NCBI GenBank assembly: GCA_028534125.1
Contig: CM052818.1
Coordinates: 12,216,001 to 12,280,000, forward strand
DNA length: 64,000 nucleotides
Source: Lama glama
Taxonomy: Eukaryota
Direction: 5' to 3'
The notes below the pieces were generated by a model. It was not told where the DNA came from. It saw only the letters and a program-made list of their open reading frames with translations, and did no database searches. The position numbers and the translations under genes were made by a program. Below, piece after piece: positions 23,165 to 36,539 of the stretch. How positions within the stretch are numbered: the stretch's first letter is position 1; every line of letters begins with the position of its first letter.

Positions 23165-26100
23165 AAAGGCCTTTTCTTTGTATGACAACCAACTGACCCC
23201 TAAATGAATTGAACCTATGACCCCCTTCCTCATTAGCTCCAAAAAAAAAAAATAAAAAAAGCTAACTAGCCCAGAAACAATTGTTACAAGCAAGCTACAA
23301 CACATATCCACCATGTTATTCCTGTGGGATTAATTAGAGAGCTAAAACAATGCTTTATCTTTGAAAGACATACAAAATCATATTGTTCTGTTCTCCTGGC
23401 TTGTGAACCTCTTGAAATGTTATGCAAAATTTTATGTAAGAGCAAATATACATTGCTCTGGGGACAGGGTTCCAAGTTTTTGTGAGATTTTCACAATATG
23501 TGTGTGTGATCCAAAATAGGTTAAAAACAATTGTTCATGCTCCAGTGATTTGTGCTGATGTCATCCCTGGTGTTGGTACACTACCAAAAACACAAGAATT
23601 GCATTATGCTTCGTTAAACTGGAGGAATATATTATTTCTATTTTTTCCTTGAGGGGAAAAAGAGTAGAAAGTAAATATACACATGTGATCCTTATAATTA
23701 GCACTAAATAAAGACTAATTTGAGATATAATGAAAATTTAGTTAATGCTAGCTTGAGTAGAGATGGATATCACCCAAATCTTGAGTGCTAACTTTTGTAC
23801 ACAAAGAGAAAAATAATTCTGTAGCCTTGAGTGTGTGGAACATGGTGGTATACAGGATAAGGAGAGCAGAACAAGCAAAGAATAAAATACTCAAATATTT
23901 GACAGCATCTTTAACTTACTTAGATGCTACATAAGAAATGAATTGTCAGTAGGACCTTTCTAGTCATCAGGGGGTTAAAGCACTATAAAGAAACTTGCAT
24001 ATGTACTTTGTTATCCAAGAGACAGATAGAGAGATGTCTTTCTACTGATATATTACATAAATCATGGTGCCAGCCAGAAAAACAACAGATGACCAATTTG
24101 TACAAAGCATTTTTTCCTTATGTTACATTTATTTAAAATACATTAAATCGTTGTGCTAAAATTGAGGCAGCTGGCAGTCCAGGCAACCTTATAAGATTTG
24201 TGTTTTCTGGAGTCAGGCCCATTCATTTGGAAAGGTGGATTTGTTGGGCTAGTATATTTGCTTAGTCATATGCCAAGCGCTTTGGGGAGCACAGGTAGTC
24301 CAAAATTTACCATCCATTCATTTAAAAATTTTTTTAAATCAGAACTCTCCTGACAAATGGAAGTCAGATGGTTGATAACCATTTGCTCCCAAGTGAAGTC
24401 ACTAATTAATGGTAACGAGGCTCAACCCAAAGAAAAAAAGACTCAAATGGGATGGAATCTGAAAAATCTGACCATATTCCGGGGGTCTCCCTTCTCCTAT
24501 TTCATAGACATTGATGTGATGCCTAGTTGGCTTTAGGAATAAAAGTCAAGTGTAAGTTGAGTAGGTTCATGTAAATTGATTCAAGCATGGGCCATGTTTT
24601 AGGAATTCTAGTGTTTGCTGTTGCATTTTTTAAACTTTCACCGAGTTCTTAATGGGACTGATAAGCTTTTCAAAAGGATAAGAACCACTGGCAAGGGTTT
24701 TATATATACTCACTTAAGCCAGCTTCCAATATCTGTTGTCAACCACATTCAAAACTAATACTGGATAAATCAGAGCCAGAACAGAGAAGCTCACACATCC
24801 CATCTCACATTTCTGTAGCTTCTTAATGACAGCTTAACCTCTAGGGATCCAAGGCTCTTAGAGGGTTGTGGTAGTGTGAATACCTACATAAATTAGTCTC
24901 TCAAATGTAAAGTTGTTGGCTTTTAACAAATTTTTCTTCCCTGTTGGCCAATAATCAGAAGATGGAAGAGATTTCTTCAAGAAGCTGGATCTTGAAAATT
25001 GAATCAACAGAAGTGACAGGATTGTATTTGAATTCAACAATTTTTTTGTGTGTGTCACCACTGTATTCACAACATGCTAGAAACATATTTGGTAAATTTT
25101 TGAGGACTTACATATTTTTTCCCTGGGATCCTGAATTAAAGCATAAGAAAGAAATATAAAATAAAGTCTGCTCTCAGTTTATGACTGTCATGGAGAGATT
25201 TGTGTTTTAGGGAGACAGGTGAACACAGAGCCATTCTAGACTTTGAATTGTACCCAGCTGAATGTCAGAATACATGGTATAGACAGAGATGGCCATGACT
25301 GGTTAGAAAAAGTAGAAGTTATGGAAGATCATTTACCTAAAGAGGTCATTATGGAAAGTCTCTGTAAGGGAGACTGATGGAAGAGGTAGAAATTGAAATA
25401 AGTTCTGAACTGTAGAGAAGATTTAGATGTGTAGAATTAGGGGAGCATTTGATGGTGTTGGCTGGCAACAAGATCTTAGCACCACCATTTGAGTGAATAT
25501 AAGGCAAATTTTATTTGAGTACTTTAAAAAATAGGGTAGTGGCTTCCCACTCTGGAGAAGGACAAAAGAAATACGAAGCAGGAGAAAGGAATTGAATTTT
25601 TTTTTTTTAAACTAAGGGTGTGCTACAAAGTAATGCAGCCAACCTTGAGGAATTGAAAATGTTTCCACCAAGATTGAGCCCAGGAAAGGGCAGAAGTCAA
25701 ACATTCTTGAGAGTTGTATTAGAGCTGGATCCACTTCAGGGCTGGAATCCACTTAAGCAGAGTATATTCATGATAGAGTACCCAGGATTGGGAACCCAAG
25801 ACAAGAAGATACTCTGAATAAGTAGCTTTGTTTGACTTTTAAAAGATTGAGACAACCCTGGGATTTCTTATTTTCATCTCAACTAACAGATATATTATTT
25901 AAATACTGTTAATTAAACCTATTACAATGTGTATATATAAAGATTAAAGTATGGTAGGGTAAAGTAGAACATATATATCCTAATAGAATACCCCAAATTA
26001 GTAACCAAGAACCTCCTGAGAAATTAAACATTTATTAGAGTCTGAATTTTTAATGGATTTGAAATCATGTGCAACCATTTTTTTCTTACTTGAATATATG

Positions 26101-26449
26101 TGTGACACATCTTGAAAATTATCAAGGTTTTAATGGCAAAAAGAAAGGAATTGGGTAGATCTCAGTCTTCTACAAAATGATCAAAATCAGAATTGTGGCT
26201 AAGTTTAAGAGTCTCAGCTTTCTATAACATTACTTTCTTTCCTCTTCTCTCCTCTTTCCTCCTTCCCCCCTCCCCTCATTTTCTCTCTCTCTAATAATGA
26301 GTTAGAATTTGAATTCTTAAATTATCAGGAATAATTTCCTCATGCAGAGGGACTATATCTTTCTGCATCTTAGCAAAATTTTAAGCAATTTATGATACAA
26401 TCAGTGAACTCCATCCTATCTGGATACGCCAAGCATGGTCAAGGATAAC

Positions 26450-26682
26450 GGTAGAATATAGTTTCAGTGTTCAGGCTTTGGAGTCGTAAGAACTTGAACT
26501 TGAATCCTGGCTTCTTTACTTACATACTATGGTTAAGTTACTGATACTCTTGGAGTCCTAGTTTCCTCATCTGTTAAATGGGTATAATCATACTTCATAG
26601 ATTTGTTGCAAACATTAAATAAGATAATACATGCAGAGTACTTCACACAATACCTGGAACAGAAAAAGCCTACAGTAAGTTG
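26450..26682 (+). mobile_element. MIR SINE, near full length
   Basis: ggctttggagtc...ttgaatcctggct...agtttcctcatctgttaaatgggtataat...attaaataagataatacatg...acctggaaca is collinear with MIR. Confidence 0.8.
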
Positions 26683-28399
26683 TACTTGCTCAAGTAAATT
26701 TTCCTTGAGTACTCATGTCTGCCTTTAGACTTGGCTCTTCTGCTGTGGCTCTTAAATTAGCCTGGCCTGGGAATATCTGAGAGACATTTTTACCATTGCT
26801 TTCACATTAAAAAGAATTGTATAGTAGACTCTAGGAAATAGATCCTATTTGATTATTGATTGCACTGTTGAGAAATAATTATGTAAAATGTAGACTAAGC
26901 CGTGCTCTGCATCTGGTCCTTTGGAATCCTTCTCCCATTCCTCCTCTTCAGCAAGGAGCAGCTCGGTCTTGCTGAACTGGCAGTGATATTGCAGAACTCT
27001 TGGATGATAAATCCTCCAAACTGGTTAGTGTGCACATTTGGTAGCTATTTTTCCCTGACAATCTTAATATCTGTTTTTATTACATGCAATCCATGTCCTA
27101 AATGCTAATTAGCTAAACTGGAGATCAAATCATTCTCTTGGGTATAGAATATGCGTTTTTTTGTTTTTTTTTTTAAGAAGTGCTTAAATAAAGATTTACA
27201 AAATAGGCTAAAATAGCTTCTCTCAAGTGGATAGAATACCTGCCTTACAAATTGGCCAGAACAGATATTTACCTGATTGACTGTAACTGTCTCAAAGATA
27301 AATCATAGATCTAAACTCTTTAAGTGGTATATAGGGACTGAACCATTAGAATCAATGAGAGTTGAGTAGCTAAAATCTCATGCCATGCTTTAAAGGTAAA
27401 AAGGTTGACAAAAACAAACAAATAAATAAACAAACAAAACCCAGTGACTGTATTTAGCCCGAACATTGTGGAAAATCATCTCAACTCCTTGGGTAGATAA
27501 TGTGCATAGACATAAAAGCTAAATACAGTTCACAGAAATTGAGAACTTTCTATTTGTGTGAGATAATGCAATCGTGAGCTTTAAAAGAGTAGTCTATGTG
27601 TGTGTTTATTTGACAGTCTGGAATGTTTCCAGGAGGCCATTAGGGCCTTTCAGGTAGATAATGCTCAGAATGAAATTTGCACTTGTGTCCAAATATACCT
27701 TTAGAGGACATGACATTCTCCAGTGATGCTACCATTATAATCTAACATGTCAACTCTTGTTCACACCCTAGATTTTTCTTCACTCATTACCTCTCCATTT
27801 CATTTTTGTGTTTTCTATTCATACTCCTCAAAGCAGAACTATTTGCTTTTCAAATGCATCCTACAAAAAAGCAGGCATCTTTATAGCTATGCTTCGGTGG
27901 TGACACTGGCTGAAAAAAGCAAGGATTTTGAAATGGGAGCCAAAATATCCTGGCACTTCAGCTGTACATCAGAGACTTAAATCCTAGACCTGTCCTTAAT
28001 GTGCCTCATTGTGATTGGTGATTGTGGCCAAAATGTTATGTAAACTCTCTCCCTATTCTAGGAATACAGGAACATGGTTCACCATTTAGGCTTCATTGCT
28101 CGTTATGGGTGTATTTTCAAATCTTCTTGGGGAAATGGTCTTGCAGTTAGAAGGAGTCAGTCTTCAGTCTTTTCTTTGGTCACTCTGGTGGAAGGGAGTT
28201 TTAGAGAAGCGGCTGGAAGCTGGAGGCATACAGCTGGTTTTGCCCTTCCTTGAACCTTTTCCACTGACTGTCTTTAGCATCTTCGCTTCATTGCCCGCAT
28301 GTCACCTGTGTTTAGCCATGAGGTGATATATCCTCTTCCATTCCAAAAACATTGATCTAAGTCTCCCTCCTTCCATTTTTTAATAAATCTTAGTGAAGC

Positions 28400-28650
28400 A
28401 ATATAACATTCCAGGTCAGTCCTGTAGTGCTGTTCTGGCCTCGCCGGAGTGGCTGCTGCAGAGCATGAAAACTTGCTGGCACAATATTGCAAAGTGACTC
28501 TGTGGGGGCTGGACGACTTCCAGCGAGCAGTGAACCACGGCCAAGAAACGCCAATATGGATAATGCAAACAAGAGAGATTTGGGGCACATTTCGATTTAA
28601 CCATCTGATTTAATTGACAGAATAAATGCACCTGTCAACGGGTAATATTC
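28400..28650. promoter_or_regulatory. Candidate conserved non-coding element with TALE/Hox motif cluster
   Basis: Eight CpGs in 28441-28640; TGATTTAA (28606), TTGACAG (28614) and inverted CTGTCAA (28632). Confidence 0.45.
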
Positions 28651-29606
28651 TTGTGATTAGTTTTGGCTGTGATGATGAGATGATGTTAAAAGAATGTCAG
28701 AACAACCTGTCCTGGGACTCTTACAGGCAGTTTTGAGCTGGGGAAGGTCAGTTTTTAGCTAGTTCAAAGAAGCAGGATTATCCTTTAGTAATGTGAGGGT
28801 ATTTTACAGAGACAGTGAACGTTTTATTTGTCATTTTCCCTCTGTGCTTAGCTTTCACCACAAATCAGACCAAGTAGGGGACAGAGGCACACCGAAGTAA
28901 TTGGCTTTTGAATCATTCTCTGTGGCTACTGGGGATAGTCCTCATTTGGAAATGGAGAACTCTGATTGTTAAGCCTAAGGCTGCACCTGAGTGGTCTTGC
29001 TTTCCCCCAAATTGTGGTTCTTTTGCTACTAGAGTAAGCTATTTAACACAATTTCAGTGGGATGAAAATTCAAAGAGTCCTTTAAGTCCTGTTTCTTTCA
29101 GAGAGAATGTTGTAATTTATGAACTTAAAACAAATATTTTAATTAATACTCATTTCATTAACCCTTTGCAACCTAACCCCAGTCTCCTCTGGTAAAGTGT
29201 GCTTCTGATGTGGCTAATGACTGAGTAAGCAGCTCTAATATCCTTCTCTTGGCTCCCAATATCTGATTTCTGTGCTGTTTAAGACTGTTGACTCTTTTCT
29301 CCTTTTTGAAACTTTCACTTCCCTTTCAGGCTGTCCCGATTGAGCTCAAAACTCTTCTTCTTGGTCTCCTATACCAAGTGGGAAGGATATCTGAAATCTC
29401 TTTTAAAAAGGTATTTTTGATACCACAAGTGAATTAGTGGCAGAGCCTACAAGTCCTAAAAATCAACAGCAACTGCAGATCTACAAACTTGTCCATGTTG
29501 GTGTGTTTCAACTTTTACTTGGTGGCCAGAATGGATATATTATGTTCATAGTTATTAGCACAAAGGCTTTTTTCCCCCCTGATTATTGGGAGAAGGTGAT
29601 AATCTA

Positions 29607-29837
29607 GGTTTAGGTCAGAAAACATTTTCTGTGAAGGACATTCATTATTCAGTAAATATTTTAGGCTTTGTGGACCACATACAATCCCTGCCTCCTCTTT
29701 ATTTCTCGTTCTGCTCATCTTCCTCCTCCTCTGCCTTTTTCCCTTTAAGAATGTAAAAACCATTCTTAGCTCACAGGCCATACAAGAACAGGCCATGAGC
29801 TGGATTTGGTCCATGAACTGTAGTTTCCTGATCCCTG
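29607..29837. mobile_element. MER58C-like hAT-Charlie MITE
   Basis: ttttctgtgaagg...agtaaatattttaggctttgtggaccacatac...ccctttaagaatgtaaaaaccattcttagctc...ggatttgg...tgtagttt...ccctg is collinear with MER58C. Confidence 0.8.
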
Positions 29838-30464
29838 TTTGAGGTAGCTGAATACTGCGGTAAGTGAGCAGTTTCCATACCAACTATGAATGGATTTATA
29901 GTAGTCAGAATTGTGACTCCTCAACTTACGTCAACATTTACTTTTATTTTTGATTATTGTTTAGAATCTAAAAAATACAATAAATATAAGAATTGTTATG
30001 TATTAAAACATAATTATAGAAAATAATTTGGTTTTAATATTTTTAACCCAAGTAAATATTAAGCATCATAAATATCAAAAAGTTACTTTTATAAATAGGA
30101 GACTAGGGCTCCAAACTGAAGTTGACTTAAATTGAAGATAGAGAGACATACTTGAGTATTTGGTGTACTGATTCATCACTGTTATAAAAATTATCCTATA
30201 CAAAACTGTCCTGTGGCTACCTAGCTTAGTTTTTATGTGTTTCTAAGGTTAAAGTCATTTATTTCCTTACCATGTTACTATCCTTGACCACCTGCCCCAT
30301 CTCTTATTTCTATCTCCTTTTGGTTTACCGTAAAATTCTGTTTTAAAATTATTTTGCATGGCACAGATGCATAAAGTATGAATGCTAAAGAGTAGAGTTG
30401 GCGTTTTATTTGATTCCTGAGGTCTTTAAGACAATAGCTTAAGTAGGTATATACTGATTGGTTC

Positions 30465-30602
30465 TCTTTCATACTTTAATTCAGAATATCCGGATATTGA
30501 GTATAGAAGAGATAAGAATAGGTTAAAACGTTTTCTTTCGTTCTTTCATTCCGAATATCCAGATATGGAGTATAGATAGTAAAGGATAGGGAAAAATATT
30601 TC
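30465..30602. repeat. Diverged two-copy tandem duplication, period 69 bp
   Basis: Copies begin at 30465 and 30534; 37 of the first 43 bases are identical. Confidence 0.8.
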
Positions 30603-32684
30603 TCAAATGGTTAATATACATCAGCCTTCTTATTAGTAGAGTTTGAAATATGAGGAATGAAGAACTAATAGGTAAAATAAGGGGTTGAATTCATTACAAA
30701 AAATAACGGGAGAGGTGGAAATATGATTTGATAGTTTCCCTTACAGGGTTGTACAGCCTCCCAAATAATTATCCCCCGTCAGTATTCTTACTGCAGCAAT
30801 ACTTAAGAGAAGACATAGCCAGCCTGTCAGATAACATACATTTAAAACGCACTTTAAGTATGATGGGAATGGTTATTTTGAAATCAAATGGAGAAATGAT
30901 TCTTATATTTGAATGTGGTTGTCCCCAAATCCCTGCAAAGGTGCTTCTTTCCTCAGACATTCATTAATTGTGAAGATACAGTGGTTCAGCTTTGTTTAGA
31001 ACTGTGAGTAGATAATACTACCCCAGTCCTGAATTTATTTCACTATAACTGTACTTTGAGTGGTGTTCTTCTATTTGTGATGCTTATTCTTGAGAATATT
31101 GTTTTTACACTAGAGACTCTTTCCTATACAATGTAAAAATTAGCCTTTTATAAACAAACATGTACAACAGTATATGTTATATACTATATTATGAAAGCAG
31201 TAAGATAGGGCTGTTGCTACTTATTCTTATGGAACAGTCATTAGGGTTAGACAGGCGGGAGGAGGGTAGAACATGGAAAAGACTAGTTTTGAAAGTTATT
31301 TTCTTGCCTCTAGATCAGTGTACTTGGGACCAACTTTTCACTGGGATCAGCATTAACATGACTTTAGGTTCAAGTAAAGGGAAAAAAAATTAGACCTTAT
31401 TTTCCAATTTTTGTAGGCAACAAGTTTTTCCCAGCCCCTTGGTTCCCTTGTTCTTGGTATAACACATCATGCCTCTATATCTTATTTTTGTGGCATTCTG
31501 ATATGACACCTGGAAGTTAGCTGACAAGGGCATTAAATTTGCTAGTCAGGTGATATTTTTGCATTTCCATAGAGGATTCTTAAAAATCAGGAACTTTTCA
31601 AACTCAAGAAAATGAAAATACAAGAGTAAAATGTCCAAGTTGGTATTTTTGAACATAAATGTATAAAAAACGTGGAACATGCAGACCACAGTCCTGCAGA
31701 GATTCTCTTCTTTCTCTTTGCTTTTTCCACACCTGAGATGCCTGGGTTTACCACTTTATAATACTATGAAAAGTTTGCAAGTTTCATATTTTACAAATTT
31801 GGTAGCTCCTAGAATAATAGAACATATCAAAAAAAGAAAAGTTATCTTTAAAAGAGGCCACGGACTTCAGGTCTGCAGTGTTAAGCCACTGACATGGCCT
31901 AACTTCATCACCAGAGCTCTCCGGGGCTCTGGGGCTCCTGGACAGTGGCTTCTGTTTGAAGATAAGAGCAAGTGGAAGAGACGTGGACTCAAGGCAACTC
32001 TTCTAGATTCTCACTGAGCCAAGTTCAAGTGGCTCTTTCACTCAAAAGGAATGAAAGAATAGAGTATGTCCAAATGGATTCCTAGCTTGAAGCATTCGAC
32101 TAGGATATGAATCTGCCCTATTCACCTTCCAAAAAGCTAATTCCAGATCAGTTTATGGGATTAGTGCAGTAAACCACTTAATGGCATTTGAGCCTTTTTC
32201 ATAAGAACTAGCTTCTGCTGGATGTTTTCTCCTATTCTGTTCCACACAGTAAGGTTCTTACTTGAGCATCTTATAAACTATAAAGGAAGGGGACTTTGAA
32301 GCCCTTAATGTTGAAACAGACCTTAGAATTCTAACTCTAATATTATCGATTTTAAAAATCAAAACCTGGTTAAACTTACATGATCTTTTAATAGGCACCT
32401 ATTTGTCTGCGAGGAAGGATGTACATTTTGCTCTCTGTTGTAATTTGAAGGAAATCAATTTTTTTTAACAAATGTTAAAAAACTCATTCTGAACTTAGTG
32501 GGTGATCAGTTTGCCAATATTTGATGTTTTGGCTTGACTTCCAGTTCTTAAGAGCAGGATTAGAGGCAGCCTAAGTAATAGAAGCACTCCAACCTGATCA
32601 TGGAATTAGTAAGCTCATCCGGCAGAAGACAGTTTCTCATCTCCAGGATAGCTTTTTTAGTTGCTTTCTTATGATGTCACCTTT

Positions 32685-32787
32685 ACTCAGTCAGTAAACA
32701 TTAACTGGGTAGCTGGTGTGTGCCACGTGCTACACGGTGCACTGGGATGAATGATCCGTGGTCCCTGCCCTTGAGGAGCTCCCAGTG
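32685..32787 (-). mobile_element. L2 LINE 3' end fragment
   Basis: actcagtcagtaaacatt...gtgtgcca...actgggat...ggtccctgcccttgaggagctcccagt is the reverse L2 terminus. Confidence 0.65.
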
Positions 32788-33041
32788 ATGTTACCTGTTT
32801 CTTGAATTGGTCTCAATTACAGTGCTTCATAGAATATATAGACTCTTCTAAATTTTGGTGGGAAGCTATTTGCTTTGAAATATATGGCATTTTTTCCCAT
32901 TGATTAAACAATTATTGGGATCTAAAAATTCCTGAATTAAAAAATTATTGCTTGTTTGATTTCCATATTTGTCTATAGCATTCTGGTGATGCTTACATTA
33001 ATGTGATATCTTTTGGGAGTTTAAGTTCTTGTTTAAATAGG

Positions 33042-33059
33042 GTGTGTGTGTGTGTGTGT
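33042..33059. repeat. (GT)9 microsatellite
   Basis: Seen directly. Confidence 0.9.
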
Positions 33060-33654
33060 ACCACTTACTTAAGGTGTACATATTATTTCTTTTCATAATT
33101 CTACACCCGGAACAACAGGGTTAGATTCAACTGCTTCAACCATCTTCTCTTCCTTGCCTTCTCAATGTTTATGAAAGGTGGGCATGAATGGTTCTCTCTG
33201 TTATTTAAGTATGATGGAGTTTACTCAGGTGATTTTCTTTTTATTTTTGAGCTTCTATACTGTATAAAATTAATTAGCTCCCCCATAGTCATTTCTGGAA
33301 ATTTATAATGCTGTTTAACAAGTTTATGAGCAGCCTGATTGGTTTAAATCTATTTGGAAATTCATATAATTAAATCTGAGTTTTATTGAAATTTTCTGAA
33401 TTAAGAACTTTATCAGTTTTTAGGCCATCTTAAAATTTGTTCATTATCTCAAGTGAGGAATTTGCATGTTAGTTATACTATTTTTTGCATAAAATAGAAT
33501 AAGTGAGGAGAAGGCCAGTTTGATGAATTAAAGTTGTATCTTGATCCCCACAACGCATCTTCTGAGGTGACAATCTTCCATTCAGGCAAATGTTCTATAT
33601 TAAATTAATGTTTTAAGTAATAAAATACCTTCGTGGGGAAGAAAAGAAATCTTA

Positions 33655-33745
33655 ATCATGAAAAAACTTTGGAACAAATGGAAATATATATGATGCTTTG
33701 GATGGGAAGTATTAATATTAAAAACATAATCATTCTACCATTGAT
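33655..33745 (+). mobile_element. Small ancient L1 ORF2 fragment
   Basis: aacaaatggaaatatatatgatgctttggatgggaagtattaatatt resembles the DNA encoding L1 NKWKDIPCSWIGRLNI. Confidence 0.45.
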
Positions 33746-33759
33746 AAATGTTATTAGCC

Positions 33760-34098
33760 TTTACAATTAAGTATAACTTACTATATATATATATGCTGAA
33801 ATATGGAAATCTTAATTACACAATTCAGAAGATTTTTATAAATTTAACATATTCATGTAGCCATCAACAGTACTGGAGAATTCCAATTATTTAGCTTACT
33901 TGCAACACTTGATATTGTTAATCCTTTTAATTTTAGCCATTTTCATGGATGTATAATTACATAGCATTGTGCCTTTAATTGGCATTTCTCTGATAACTAA
34001 TCATTTTTGAATACCCTTTCATTTTATTCTTAGCCATTTGGACAAATTCTTTTGTGCAGTACCTCTTTAATCTTTTGCCCATTTCTATTTTCTGTAAT
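33760..34098 (-). mobile_element. Ancient L1 (L1M-class) 3' fragment
   Basis: ttttaattttagccatt...cattgtgcctttaattggcatttctctgataactaat...cttttgcccattt is antisense L1 ORF2 C-terminus, heavily diverged. Confidence 0.65.
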
Positions 34099-36390
34099 TT
34101 TCTTTTTTTCATTGAAATAAAGTTGGCATAAGATATTCTAGTTTCAGGTGTACTACATAGTGATTTAATATTTAAATACATTATGAAATGATCACCATGA
34201 TAAGTCTACTAATTGTATGTCCTCATACACAGTTATTGAGGTATTATTCACGACATCACTTACGTTGTAATTACATCACTGTGACTATTGTATAACTGGA
34301 AGTTTGTACCTCTTAATTCCCTTTACCTATTTTTCCCACCCCACACCCTTTTCCCCACTGGCAGCCATGCATTTTTTCTCTGTATGTATGTGTTTGTTTC
34401 CATTTTGTCTTGTTTATTTGTTCTGTTTTTAAAACTTCACTTGCGAGTGAGATCATACAGTATTTGTCTTTCTGTCTCTGACTTATTTCATTTAGATAAT
34501 ACCCTCAAGGGCTACCCATGTTATTGCAAATGGCAAGATTTCATTCTTTTTATGGCAGAGTAATATTTCATTGAACCTGTATTCCACATCTCCTTTATCA
34601 TTTCATCTATTGGTGGATGGACACTTAGGTTACTTCCATATTTTGGTTATTGTAAATAATACTGCAGTCAACATAAGAGTGCATATATCTTTTTGAATTT
34701 GTGTTTTTGTTTTCTTTGGATAAATAACCCAGTAAAATTGCTGTATCATATAGTTGTTACTTTTTTTTTTTGAGGAAACTTCAGTCTTCCATAGTAGCTG
34801 CACCAATTTACATTCTTACCATCACTGTGCAAGGGTTCTCATTTCTCCACATCTTTGCCCACATTTATTTGTTGCCTTTATGATGATAGTCCTTCTGACA
34901 GGTATAAGGTGACATCTCATTGTGGTTTTGATCTGCATTTTCCTGATGATTAGTGATGCTGAATTCTATTCAGGTGTCTGTTGCCAATCTGTGTATCTTC
35001 TTTGGAAAAAATGTCTGTTTGGGTCCTGTGCCTATTTTTAAATCGTATTTTTTTTAAAGTATCAATTTATATGAGTTCATTATATATTTTGGATATTAAC
35101 CCCTTACTGGATATATTATTTGCAAATGCCTTCTATTCAGTGGGCTGGCTCTTCATTTGTTGATGGTTTTCTTTGCTGTGAAAAGGTTTTTTAGTTTGAT
35201 GTGGTCCCATTTGTTCTTGCATTTGTCTCCCTTGCCTGAGGAGACAGATCCAAAAATATACTGCTAAGACCAATGTCAAAAAGCATACTGCTTATGTTTT
35301 TTCTAGAAGTTTTATGGTGTCACATCTTGCATTCAAGTCTTTAATCTATTTTGTGTTTATTTTTGTGTATGGTGTGATACAGTGGTCCAGTTTCATTCTT
35401 TTCCATGTAGCTGTCCAGTTTTTTCACCATCATTTATTGAAGTGTCTGTATTTTCTCCATTGTATATTTTTGCCTCCTTTGTGATAGATTAATTGACCAT
35501 ATAAGAAAATATTTAATTTTGGGCTCTCTATTCTGTTCCATTGATCTGTGTGTCTGTTTTTGTGCCAGTACCATGCTGTTTTGATGACTGTAACTTTGTA
35601 ATATAGTTTGATATTAAGGAGTGTAATACCTTCAGTTTTGTTCTTTTTTATCAAGATTTCTTAGGCTATTTGGGGTCTTTTATGGGTCTGTACAAATTTT
35701 AGGGTTATTTGTTTTAGTTCTGTGACAAATGCCATTGGTATTTTGATAGGGATTGAACTGAATTTGTAAACTGCCTTGGGTGCATGGACAATTTAATAAT
35801 ATTAATTCTTCCAATCCACAAGTATGGTAATATCTTTCCATTTGTTTGTCTTCAATTTCTTTCATTAATGTCTTATAGTTTTTAAAATATTGACCTTTTA
35901 CTCTTGTTAGATTTATTCTTATCTATTTGATAGTTTTTGATGTAATAATAAGGATTGTTTTCTTAACTTCTTTTTGATAGCTTGTTGTCAGTGTATAAAA
36001 ACAAAACATATTTCTGTATATTAATTTTGTATCATGAAGGTTTATTGAATTTATTTATTATTAGTATATTGGTGGAATCTTTAGAGTTTTCTATGTATAA
36101 TATTATTTCATCTGCAAATAGTGACAGTTTTACTTCTTATTCAATTTGGATTTCTTTTTCTTGTCTGTGTGGCTAGGACTTCCAATACTGTCTTAAATAT
36201 GAGTGGCAGGGATGGACATCTTTGTCTTATTCCTGATTTTAGAGGAAACATTTTCTCCTTTCACCATTGAGTATCATGTTGGCAGAGGGTTTGTCAGATA
36301 TGGACTTAATTATGTTGAGGTATTCCCCCATACACATTTTCTGGAGCATTTTTATCATAAATTGATATTGAATTTTGTCAAAAGCTTTAT
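34099..36390 (-). mobile_element. 5'-truncated LINE-1 (L1MA-like), 3' UTR to RT domain; ORF2 disrupted
   Basis: Translations KAFDKIQYQFMIK...YLNIIKSISDKPSANMILNGE and [38 protein letters not shown] are L1 ORF2, broken by stops and frameshifts. Confidence 0.95.
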
Positions 36391-36539
36391 CTTTATGAAG
36401 TATATGGATACACACAGTGTCTACTTCAAAAGACAATTTATGGATGTGTCCACACACTGTGGCACATCCATAAATTGTCTTTTGAAGTAAGTGGATCCTG
36501 TAAGTCTCAAGGCAAACAAGACTGCACCTAAGCACTTTA

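Noticed and set aside
30465..30602. CRISPR-like repeat-spacer reading of the palindromic tandem repeat
   Set aside because: Only two diverged copies, no unique spacers, no cas genes, mammalian context.
34099..36390. Reverse-transcriptase-like peptides as an active or novel retro-system
   Set aside because: Ordinary 5'-truncated L1 ORF2 with stops and frameshifts.
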